Source: an uncultured cyanobacterium
GTDB taxonomy: Bacteria; Cyanobacteriota; Cyanobacteriia; PCC-6307; Cyanobiaceae
DNA length: 64,000 nucleotides
Reading direction: 5' to 3'
Assembly: GCA_963765575.1 (NCBI GenBank)
Contig: CAVXWZ010000001.1
Span: 224,001 to 288,000, forward strand
Position 1 is the stretch's first letter, and each line of letters begins with the position of its first letter. The translations under genes and the position numbers were made by a program. Under the pieces are notes generated by a model that was not told the origin of the DNA, searched no databases, and saw only the letters and a list, made by a program, of their open reading frames with translations. Shown here piece by piece: positions 9,689-17,760 of the stretch.

Positions 9689-10726
9689 TCAGGCTTGAGC
9701 GTGCCTGGCGTTCTGTCGCTGCTCCGGCAGCGGCACCAGGCGCTGGGCGGCCCGATCCCAGAGCAGATAGCGCGCGCAGGGCAGCATGTCGCCCAACTTG
9801 AGGGTGGGCACATCACGCAGCAGGTGGGCGTTGGCCAGGTGCGCGGCGCGGAGGCGGTAGTTGGGAATGCGCTCGGAGAGATGGTGGATGTTGTGATAGC
9901 CGATGTCGGCGGTGAACCAGCGCAGCAGTGCCGGCATCTGCAGGTAACTGGTGCCTTCGAGGGCACCCTTGACGTTGCTCCAGCCCTCGGTGGGATGGGC
10001 GTAGGTTGCGCCAAAGATGTGCTGCACGAAGAAGATCCAGATGAAGAACATCGCCGCGAAGGCCAGCGTCACGCCGTAGATCCCCAGCACGACTCCGTAG
10101 CCCCACGCCTGGCCGGCGAAGGCCAGAATTGTGATCAAACAGACACTGTTCAGCAGCTGCTCCCAGAACTGGGCCGTGCGGGGGAGGGCCCGGGCCCGCA
10201 GGGCCGCCGTGATCTCCTGCAGCAGCTCCAGCCGCGGCTTGATGGCCAGATAGAAGAAACCACCGGGTAGGGCCATCAGCGGATGGCGCAGCAGCGCATA
10301 CATCCGCTGCTGCTTTGCGTCGAGCTGGGCAAATTCGTCTGTGGAAAGGAAGTCGGCCACACCCCGATAGCGCTCCCAATCACCATTGGTGCGGTGGTGG
10401 AAGGCGTGATCCGCCGACCAAGCCTGTTGGGGAATGGCGTTGATCAGCCCCAGCAGGAAGCCGCCGATCCGGTTCAGTCGGGGGCTGCGAAACAGCGACA
10501 GATGGCCGCAGTCGTGCATCAGCGAGAAGCAGCGCAGGGCGAACAGCACCATCAGCACCATGATCAGGGGCAGGGCCCAGATGGCCTGCTGGGCGGCCTG
10601 GATCGCCAGCGCCCAGAGCAGCAGGTAGGGCCCAACGGCGCTGAGGATCTGCAGGGCGCCGCGCCGATTGCTGCTGCGGGTGTAGGGAGCCAGAACGAAG
10701 TCGGCCCGCCGGTGGGCGGTGGTCAT
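9689..10726 (-). CDS. Membrane fatty acid desaturase
   Basis: His boxes HDCGH, HAFHH, HNIHH; IPNYRL. Confidence 0.92.
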   Translation of the reverse strand: MTTAHRRADFVLAPYTRSSNRRGALQILSAVGPYLLLWALAIQAAQQAIWALPLIMVLMVLFALRCFSLMHDCGHLSLFRSPRLNRIGGFLLGLINAIPQQAWSADHAFHHRTNGDWERYRGVADFLSTDEFAQLDAKQQRMYALLRHPLMALPGGFFYLAIKPRLELLQEITAALRARALPRTAQFWEQLLNSVCLITILAFAGQAWGYGVVLGIYGVTLAFAAMFFIWIFFVQHIFGATYAHPTEGWSNVKGALEGTSYLQMPALLRWFTADIGYHNIHHLSERIPNYRLRAAHLANAHLLRDVPTLKLGDMLPCARYLLWDRAAQRLVPLPEQRQNARHAQA

Positions 10727-10898
10727 GCAGGGGGACGAGGGGGGATGGAGAGGGTGCCCGCTCACCGTTCCCTCCAGGGTGTGGATCGCTGGAACTGGTC
10801 ACGCCATTCTGGACTGCAGCAGCCAGGTGCGGCGACCCGAGCGCCTCAGCGACAGCACCAGCCACACCCCGAGCACGTTCCCATGCCCGCCCGAGCCG

Positions 10899-11324
10899 AT
10901 GACCCTTGAAGTTGCCCTGGCGATGCTCCATCGCCAGGGCCGCTGGCTGATGCAGCTGCGCGACGACATCGACGGCATCGTGGCGCCGGGGTGCTGGGGG
11001 CTGTTCGGCGGCCACCTTGATCCCGGTGAAACCCCGGAGCAGGCCCTGCGGCGCGAACTGCTGGAGGAGATCGCCTGGCAGCCGGAGCAGGTGGGCACGG
11101 CGCTGCAGCAGCCCACCCACCGGCGCCTGGCCCATGTGTTCGTGGTGGAGCTCACGGTGCCCCTGGATCAACTGCAGCTGCTGGAGGGGCAGGACATGGC
11201 CCTGGTGTCCGGCTCAGAGCTGCTCAGTGGCGCCATCTGGAGCACCCGGCTGCAGCAGCACCGCCCCCTGGCCGAAGGTCTGGCGGAGTTGATGCGGCTG
11301 CTCGGCGGGGTGCTGAGCCCCTGA
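10899..11324 (+). CDS. NUDIX hydrolase
   Basis: Nudix box GGHLDPGETPEQALRRELLEE. Confidence 0.92.
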   Translation: MTLEVALAMLHRQGRWLMQLRDDIDGIVAPGCWGLFGGHLDPGETPEQALRRELLEEIAWQPEQVGTALQQPTHRRLAHVFVVELTVPLDQLQLLEGQDMALVSGSELLSGAIWSTRLQQHRPLAEGLAELMRLLGGVLSP

Positions 11325-11329
11325 CGCCT

Positions 11330-11605
11330 TCACCGCCAGAGCCACCAGCGGCGCCACCAGCGCTTGCGCGCCGGGGCGCGGTGGCTGCCGTCGCAGAGGG
11401 GGTAGCGCCGCGACCGGCCGCAGCCGCACATCTGCAGCGTGGCCGGTGCGCTCAGCCGCAGTTCGTAGGACACCCGGCCGCTGCCCAGGTGGGCGCCATC
11501 ACAGAGCCAGCCGTGGCGGCTGAGGCCGCAGCTGCAGAGCTGGTGCACGCCGGCGGGCAGATCCAGGGCCCGTGGGCCGGCAGCCGGGGGATCGGACTCG
11601 GGCAT
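11330..11605 (-). CDS. CDGSH iron-sulfur domain protein (two motifs)
   Basis: CSCGLSRHGWLCDGAH and CGCGRSRRYPLCDGSH. Confidence 0.88.
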   Translation of the reverse strand: MPESDPPAAGPRALDLPAGVHQLCSCGLSRHGWLCDGAHLGSGRVSYELRLSAPATLQMCGCGRSRRYPLCDGSHRAPARKRWWRRWWLWR

Positions 11606-11709
11606 CGCCGCTCCGGGCACAGGGGTTGGCCACACCACACTCTGGTGCCGCCCGTCCCCAGCTGAGCCAGTCCGTTACTGCCGCTTCGGTGCAGGTGCAC
11701 ACTGCACCG

Positions 11710-12354
11710 ATGCCCAGGGGCGCCCTACTGCATCTGGCCCTGCTGCTGGGGCTCACGGCACCGGTGGGTTGCGCCGCCCAGCCCCAGCGCGCCACCGTGC
11801 TCTCGATCGGTGATGGCGACACCATCCGCGTGCGCCAGGGCGGCCGGCGCATCACCGTGCGGCTGGCCTGCATCGACGCTCCGGAACTGGCCCAGCAGCC
11901 CCACGGCCAGCGGGCGAGGGACTATCTGCAACTGCGCGTGCCCGTGGGCACTTCGGTGCGGCTGGAGGTGAAAACCACCGACCGCTACGGGCGCACCGTG
12001 GCCGAGGTGATCACCGGCACCAACATCAACCTGGCGATGGTGGAGGACGGCCAGGGCTTCGCCTATCGCCGTTACCTGGGCGGCTGCGCTGGGCAGGAGT
12101 ACCTGGATGCCGAATTCAGGGCCAGCCGGCGGCGCCACGGCGTCTGGCAGGTGCCAGGCGGGATCACCCGCCCGTGGGACTTCCGGCGGGCTCGGCGCTC
12201 CGCCCCCATCCCGGACGGCACCACCCCTGGCGGCCGCCGCTACAGCTGCCGAGAGATCGGCTCCTATGCCCGCGCCCAGCAACTTCTGGGGCAGGGCCAC
12301 AGTTATCTCGATGGCAATGGTGATGGTGTGGCCTGCGAAAGCCTGCGGCGCTGA
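11710..12354 (+). CDS. Secreted thermonuclease (SNase) with C-terminal Excalibur-like Ca-binding motif
   Basis: Signal peptide; DGDT, RLACIDAPE, DRYGR; YLDGNGDGVACE. Confidence 0.9.
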   Translation: MPRGALLHLALLLGLTAPVGCAAQPQRATVLSIGDGDTIRVRQGGRRITVRLACIDAPELAQQPHGQRARDYLQLRVPVGTSVRLEVKTTDRYGRTVAEVITGTNINLAMVEDGQGFAYRRYLGGCAGQEYLDAEFRASRRRHGVWQVPGGITRPWDFRRARRSAPIPDGTTPGGRRYSCREIGSYARAQQLLGQGHSYLDGNGDGVACESLRR

Positions 12355-12411
12355 ACGCAGGCAGGCAGCCCCTGCCCTGTCTGGCTCCTGCTTGGAGCCC
12401 AGATTTTGGAG

Positions 12412-12635
12412 TCAGACCATCCCCAGGGTCTTCGCCTTGCAGTAGCCCGCCCCAACCTTGATCCAGCGTGAATCGCAGGGCTTGCCAGTAGTGGACTTCA
12501 CCGCGTCATTGCCGGAAAGCGCGGGAATCCCCTGTTGCGCCAATGCGGCGGCAGCGGCTACTAGCCCTGGCAGGGCCAGAAGGCAGTGGGCAGAAGGCAG
12601 TAGGGAGTAGGCAGAACCAGGGTCAGCTTCGGCAC
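12412..12635 (-). pseudogene. Degenerate paralog of the Cys-rich secreted protein at 15289-15549
   Basis: Starts MPKLTLVL, frameshifts at a short duplicated repeat, lacks the central segment, ends KPCDSRWIKVGAGYCKAKTLGMV. Confidence 0.7.
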
Positions 12636-12766
12636 CGAGCCAATCATCAACCCATCCCGCCCTCGGCATTGGTGATCGGTGTTGGTGATCGGCAGGATCA
12701 CTTGGAGGCCAACCCTGGCGGCCGGAACGCCCTTTTCCGGGCGGGGCGGTGTTGAGTCAGGCGGCT

Positions 12767-12806
12767 GCCGGATGTAAGCAGCGCGCAGCAGCTGCTTACA
12801 TCCGGC
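12767..12806. repeat. Perfect 16-bp inverted repeat (hairpin) overlapping a stop codon
   Basis: GCCGGATGTAAGCAGC - 8-nt loop - GCTGCTTACATCCGGC. Confidence 0.8.
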
Positions 12807-13041
12807 CGGCTTTGATGCCCTTCTCCACCTGTTCGATTGCCTCCTCAATCAACTCGATGGCCTTGCCACGGTGGCCACCCTTGCCCGTGTTGGCCTCCTC
12901 AAGATTCTCCTTGGCTTCGTTGAGGTTGACCAAGGCCGCCTTCATCTTGGGCTGATTGGCCTGGGCGGGCAACGGCACCATCAAGGCCGCAGCGGTGGTG
13001 ATGGCGGCCAGTGGCAGGGTGGCGAGGAGGCTGCGTTTCAT
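12796..13041 (-). CDS. Small secreted helical hypothetical protein
   Basis: Signal peptide ending AQA, then NQPKMKAAL...KGGHRGKAIELIEEAIEQVEKGI. Confidence 0.8.
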   Translation of the reverse strand: MKRSLLATLPLAAITTAAALMVPLPAQANQPKMKAALVNLNEAKENLEEANTGKGGHRGKAIELIEEAIEQVEKGIKAGRM

Positions 13042-13449
13042 TCTGTCGATGAAGCTGACTTGTGAATTTTACAGGTGCCCTGAGGCCTCAGCATCGATTC
13101 GTCCATCCCGAACACCGCGTGGCCACCGTGCATCAGCAGCCACGGCCCCCGCAGCGATCCCGATGCAAGGCGATACCCCCCTGATCTCGGCAGCCACGTG
13201 GGGCTCTGGTGGTGGTTTGATCCTGAGCGGCTGTCAGCTGTTGTCCACGAACGGCTGATCGATTCCATCAGCAAGGTGCAGGTGACCGCCTCTGGTCAGA
13301 TCACCATGGCCGACGTGCGGGCCCGACCCCATGGAATGGATCGGTTTGGACCCCGTGGTTGGGTCGACAACGTGGGCCGGAAGGAACACCAGCAGAAGCA
13401 GCAGGCCTGCTTGGCGGAGGAGTGCAGCGCCCAGATCTTGACGTTGGGA

Positions 13450-13725
13450 TTAGTTGAAGGGCAGTTCGCCACCAGGCCTGAAGTCACCCTGACCATCAGG
13501 GCCTGCCATCACAGACTCGTCATACTTATTGAGAGTTTTGGCGGCTCGCTTGGCTTGTTTTTCAGACTTGTATCTTGTGCTCAGGGTTTGACCAGTCTTG
13601 GTGTTTGTAACAGTGTAATGACCACCCACGAACTGGGCTGTCTTTTCAGCCTTCCATTCGGCAAGGGCTGGGGAGGCGGCAAAACTCAGCATCAGAGATG
13701 CCGTAACAGCAGTGAGTGTCTTCAT
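13450..13725 (-). CDS. Small secreted hypothetical protein, paralog of 13793-14143
   Basis: MKTLTAV...SPALA signal; C-terminal VMAGPDGQGDFRPGGELPFN; lower GC. Confidence 0.7.
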   Translation of the reverse strand: MKTLTAVTASLMLSFAASPALAEWKAEKTAQFVGGHYTVTNTKTGQTLSTRYKSEKQAKRAAKTLNKYDESVMAGPDGQGDFRPGGELPFN

Positions 13726-13792
13726 TCTGGATACTCTGTATGGAGTGTCAGTGAGGGAATTGAGAAGAAGAGCTGAATGAGCGTCTTTGATG

Positions 13793-14143
13793 TCACTTGG
13801 GCAGTGGTCCACCGGGGATGAAATCGCCCTCGCCGTCGGGACCTGCCATCACGCCTTTTTCAATAGCGTTCATTTTTCCTGCAGCTTTGGCTGCTTTCTT
13901 GCGATTTTTCTGATTCAATTCTACTTTATCCGTCCCGTTTGTAATTCCGTAGCGTGTCTTGTTGCTGGAAAGATCCTTGTATTCATAGGAGCTCCAGAGC
14001 GCGTGTGCAGGCAACACGCTGAAAATCACCCAGGCGATGGAGGCCAGTGCTACAGCAGTTGAGCGAGCCCATGGGCCCTTGAGATGGACGACAGGATGGG
14101 CCATGGCAACAGGAGATTGACTCTTCCCAGATATCACTAGCAT
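13793..14143 (-). CDS. Small secreted hypothetical protein, paralog of 13450-13725
   Basis: Hydrophobic signal ending AHA; C-terminal VMAGPDGEGDFIPGGPLPK; start uncertain. Confidence 0.7.
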   Translation of the reverse strand: MLVISGKSQSPVAMAHPVVHLKGPWARSTAVALASIAWVIFSVLPAHALWSSYEYKDLSSNKTRYGITNGTDKVELNQKNRKKAAKAAGKMNAIEKGVMAGPDGEGDFIPGGPLPK

Positions 14144-14245
14144 AGGCCATTCAGGTTTGCCAGGATTTTGGCAATACGCAAAGAAGGTGGGGCAGAGGAT
14201 TGGGGGCGGAAGATGCCACCGGCTTGCTGCTCACAGTGCCACCCA

Positions 14246-14809
14246 TCAGGGATTCAGTCGCTCCTCGTGCCAGCCGCGGTCTTGTCTCCAGCGACGTCGC
14301 TGGTGCGGATGATCCCTCAGCTCCAGCAACTCCACCTGGGCAAGCTCAATGCGCAGCAGCTGGAAATGCTCGGGCTGCGGGGTTTCGTCGGCAAGCTCGA
14401 CCGGGAAATCCTCAGAGGCATCAAAGGCTGCTCCCGGTTCGGGCCAGCCCCAGAGCGCACGGCCTGAAGGGGTGAGCTGGTGCCAGTGCCGTTGGCGCTC
14501 CTCCCTGCCCACGTCCGTGGGCAAGGTCAGAACGTTTCCGCGCAGGCGAAACTGACAGCGGGCTTTGGGCAGCAGCCAGCACAGTTCGACGGCGGGCTGC
14601 TGTTGGAGCTCAGCCGTTTTCGTGCTGCGGCCGTCGGTGAGCAGATCCAACGCGGCGCCAGCGACCCAGCCGCGGAACACCAGGGTGCGCACCCGTGGGC
14701 TGCCATCGGGGGCGACGGTGGCGAGCTGCAGCCAGCGGGCCGCTGGCGAGCGGCCTTCGCGTTTGCGAGCCCCGCGAAGCAACGATCGCCATGGCGGCAG
14801 CGCCGTCAC
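14246..14809 (-). CDS. Pyridoxamine 5'-phosphate oxidase-like FMN-binding protein
   Basis: WLQLATV...PRVRTLVFRGW, TDGRSTK, CQFRLRG, PHQRRRW. Confidence 0.88.
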   Translation of the reverse strand: MTALPPWRSLLRGARKREGRSPAARWLQLATVAPDGSPRVRTLVFRGWVAGAALDLLTDGRSTKTAELQQQPAVELCWLLPKARCQFRLRGNVLTLPTDVGREERQRHWHQLTPSGRALWGWPEPGAAFDASEDFPVELADETPQPEHFQLLRIELAQVELLELRDHPHQRRRWRQDRGWHEERLNP

Positions 14810-15051
14810 GTCGCCTGCGCTTGGCGTTGCTTGACGGCAATGGCCCCTGCGGCGATGGCGGCAAGGCCCAGGGCGCCGGAGGCGGCCAGAAACACCAGCG
14901 TTTGCAGGGCCAGCAGGAGCAATCCAAGCGCCGAAGCCGCCTTGATCTGGACCCGCGCCTTGATCAGCAGGGTGATCAGCAGCAGCACGGTGGCCTGCAG
15001 GCCGGCGATCTTCGCTGCGGTGAGCGGGCAGCAGGGAGTGAGCACGGGCAT
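14806..15051 (-). CDS. Small membrane hypothetical protein
   Basis: Very hydrophobic ORF whose stop overlaps the next start (GTGA). Confidence 0.55.
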   Translation of the reverse strand: MPVLTPCCPLTAAKIAGLQATVLLLITLLIKARVQIKAASALGLLLLALQTLVFLAASGALGLAAIAAGAIAVKQRQAQAT

Positions 15052-15288
15052 CGAGGAGAAGCGAGCCCCAATCCTGTCGAAGCTGACGACCTGTTGAGTC
15101 CGGTCGGTCAAAACCAAGCTGCTGCCGGTGCCCAATGGCCGCCGCGCCATCCGCGGTGGGCGCCTCTGCGATCACTGCCCATCGGCGATGACGCCGGGAT
15201 GGTCACCGTTACCTTCGTCGCAACAGCAGTTGGCGCCGAATCCAGATCTCCCCCAGGTGAACCGCTGCAGGGATCAGCTGTGCTGAAG

Positions 15289-15549
15289 TCAGAAGATTCC
15301 CAGGGTCTTCTTCTTGCAGTAGCCCGCCCCAACGTTCATCCAGCCCGAATCACAGGGCTTGCCGTTGGTGGGCTTCACCTCGTAATAGATCGGTGAATTG
15401 CAATGCTGCTTGAGGTCGTTCACATAACCCAGCGGACACTCGTCGTAGCCGGGGAGCTTGGGGATCCGCTTCTGAGCCAGTGCGGCGCCAGGAATCAGCG
15501 CTGGAAGGGTCAGAAGGCCGGCGGCCAGTACGAGGGTCAGCTTGGGCAC
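15289..15549 (-). CDS. Small secreted Cys-rich hypothetical protein
   Basis: Signal peptide ending ALA; CPLGYVN...CNSPIYY...KPCDSGWMNVGAGYC. Confidence 0.8.
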   Translation of the reverse strand: MPKLTLVLAAGLLTLPALIPGAALAQKRIPKLPGYDECPLGYVNDLKQHCNSPIYYEVKPTNGKPCDSGWMNVGAGYCKKKTLGIF

Positions 15550-15732
15550 TGGATCAGCAATTCAGTGGGGAGATCTTAGGCGTTGCCCATCGTCGCCACC
15601 ACTGGCTGGCCAGCCCTCGTTGCTGGGAGCGCCCTTCCCAGGGCTTGTGTGCTGTCTGGGGTCTACATCACACCTGCGAGCAGGAGTGGAATCTGGCCTG
15701 GTGAACAGGGGCCTTACCCACCAGAACGGATC

Positions 15733-16749
15733 TCAGCCCCCGAGCACTTCTGGCCCCTCGGGGCAGATCAGATCAGCGGCCTTGCGGGCATCGCTGAGCA
15801 CCTGCAGCAGCACGCGGGGCGATTCACGCAGCAGCTCCACCCAGTGGCCCAGATAGGCGGCGTGATTGGCCATGGCACTGCCGATCTCGAGCCGATCGCC
15901 CAGCAGCACCGCCCCCAGCTCGGCCACCAGCTCCTCACGGGCATAGGCCCTGCCGCCATCGCCGCCCTCGCCCATGCCGCCGGAAAGATCCCTGGCCAGC
16001 CGGGAGCTGTGGCCGGAGGAGTGGATCGCCTCATGGGCCCAGGTGGCATAGAGGGCCGCCGCTGAATGGAAGGCGGAGCGATCCGGTAGCCGGATGCGAT
16101 CGGGCACCGGCAGATAACAGGCCCGATCGCCCCCGAAGTGCACCGGCACCGGCCAGCAACTGAGGACGGCCTCAGCCGCCGCCAGCCGCTCGGGCTCGGG
16201 CCGCTGGATTACCCCCTCGGCCTGGCGGCGCTTCTGGATAAGCCCCTCCAGCGCCTCGCCCTCCAGATCGGCGGCATTGAAGACCGCCACCGGCCGGTAG
16301 CTCACCCAGCGGCGTCCAGCCGCAGCGACTTCTTCGCCAGCACCCCCACTCCCGCCCGTACCAGCCGCATCGGCCGGAGCCTCCTCGGCCAACGGGGCTT
16401 CGCCACGCTGATGCACCTGGGGCCGCAGCACGTGCACGGCCTTGCTCCCCTTGCGGGGGAAGATCCCGAGCGCCTTGGCCTCGGCAAAGCCGCACCAATA
16501 GGGCAGGGCTGAAGCGCGCAGGTGCATGCCCAGGGTGAGCAGCACCGGATTGGCACCGCGGTAGCGACGGCCGGAGAGCAGGTTGACGTGGTGCCCGCCA
16601 GCGGCGGCATCCCACTCGCGCCGCCAGGGGGTGGTACCCGCCTCCAGCAAGGCGACCAGGGAGGCCACCAGCTTCTCTTCTGGCGAGACCTTGGGGCCGG
16701 GAGTGCCTTTCGGTGTGGAGGTGGATCGTGATGTGGAAGCAACAGCCAC
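15733..16749 (-). CDS. ardC: ArdC-like ssDNA-binding antirestriction protein (DUF1738 plus zincin-like domain)
   Basis: LLEAGTTPWRREW, NLLSGRRYRGAN, RKGSKA, VFNA, YATWAHEAIHSSGH, YAREELVAELGA; start uncertain. Confidence 0.9.
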   Translation of the reverse strand: MAVASTSRSTSTPKGTPGPKVSPEEKLVASLVALLEAGTTPWRREWDAAAGGHHVNLLSGRRYRGANPVLLTLGMHLRASALPYWCGFAEAKALGIFPRKGSKAVHVLRPQVHQRGEAPLAEEAPADAAGTGGSGGAGEEVAAAGRRWVSYRPVAVFNAADLEGEALEGLIQKRRQAEGVIQRPEPERLAAAEAVLSCWPVPVHFGGDRACYLPVPDRIRLPDRSAFHSAAALYATWAHEAIHSSGHSSRLARDLSGGMGEGGDGGRAYAREELVAELGAVLLGDRLEIGSAMANHAAYLGHWVELLRESPRVLLQVLSDARKAADLICPEGPEVLGG

Positions 16750-17039
16750 GGGTGGAGAGCGCAGGACCGCAAGCGCCAGCGCGGCCAGCGACAAGGGCCG
16801 GCCGCAGCGCTCACAGAAACCAATGCCCCCAGGTGTCCCATCTCCTGCGGCGGGCCGGCTGGCGCCAGCCCTTGCGCGGCCGCGCAGGCTGAGGACTCCT
16901 GCGCGATACCACGCAGAACAGGAGATCGAATTCAGGGGGATAGCTCCGCAGGCTGGCTCTGCAGGAAACTCACCGGTTAAGAGGTCGATCAGCAGGAGAG
17001 GCCTGCTTGGTGATCGCGTCAGGGAAACGGCCTATCTGA

Positions 17040-17760
17040 TCAACCGCACAGAAGCGGCAAGTTGTTCAGCAACCGACGACGTTCTTCCCAATCTGGGAGG
17101 TGAGAATCCAGCAGGGCAATGAACTCCTCGCCATGCCTCGGCACGCGTAGATGGGCAAGCTCATGGAGGACGATATAATCAAGGCAGTCCTTTGGCTTCT
17201 GAGCCAGCTGAGTATTCAGGCGGATATTCCTTGATTTCGGATTACAGCTCCCCCATTGACGGGTCATCGCCTGAACAAAGAGTCGTTCGCCTGCACGTTC
17301 AGCTGTTGCTCCCATTTCTCGATCAGGATCGCAGCTTCCTTTCTGAGCTCATCGCGGTACCAGGCAGCGAGAATGCTCTGCCGCTTCTCTGCTGTTGCGC
17401 CTGGATCGAATAAACAGCACCAGTGTGTCTGGGATGCACTTCGATCCTGGGAGCCGCGTTCACTTCCTGGATCTGCAGCAGTAATCGGCGACCCCAGAGA
17501 TGATGGGATTCCCGTTCCACGACCTGCCTGGGGCTTTCCCTCTGCTGGCCGTCAAGCCGGGACTGTTGCTTACGAATCCAGCTGAGCTTGCCAATGGCAT
17601 AGGCCCTCACATGGTCTGGGCTCATCCGCTCCGGCGCTGAGATACGCACGGAGCCATGGGGTGGCACCACCGAAAGGTGCAGGTGCTTGATCGGCTTCAC
17701 GGTGACCTCCACCGACAAGGACCCGATCACAAGCTGATGGCTGGGAAAGGCCAGGGTCAT
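17040..17760 (-). CDS. YgjP/DUF45 (M48-like) metal-dependent hydrolase of type I R-M loci, frameshifted
   Basis: IKHLHLSVVPPHGSVRISAP; MTRQWGSCN; DYIVLHELAHL; start overlaps the hsdR stop. Confidence 0.88.

Noticed and set aside
13198..13440. AbrB-like remnant (KVQVTASGQIT)
   Set aside because: Too short a resemblance, with no credible start or partner.
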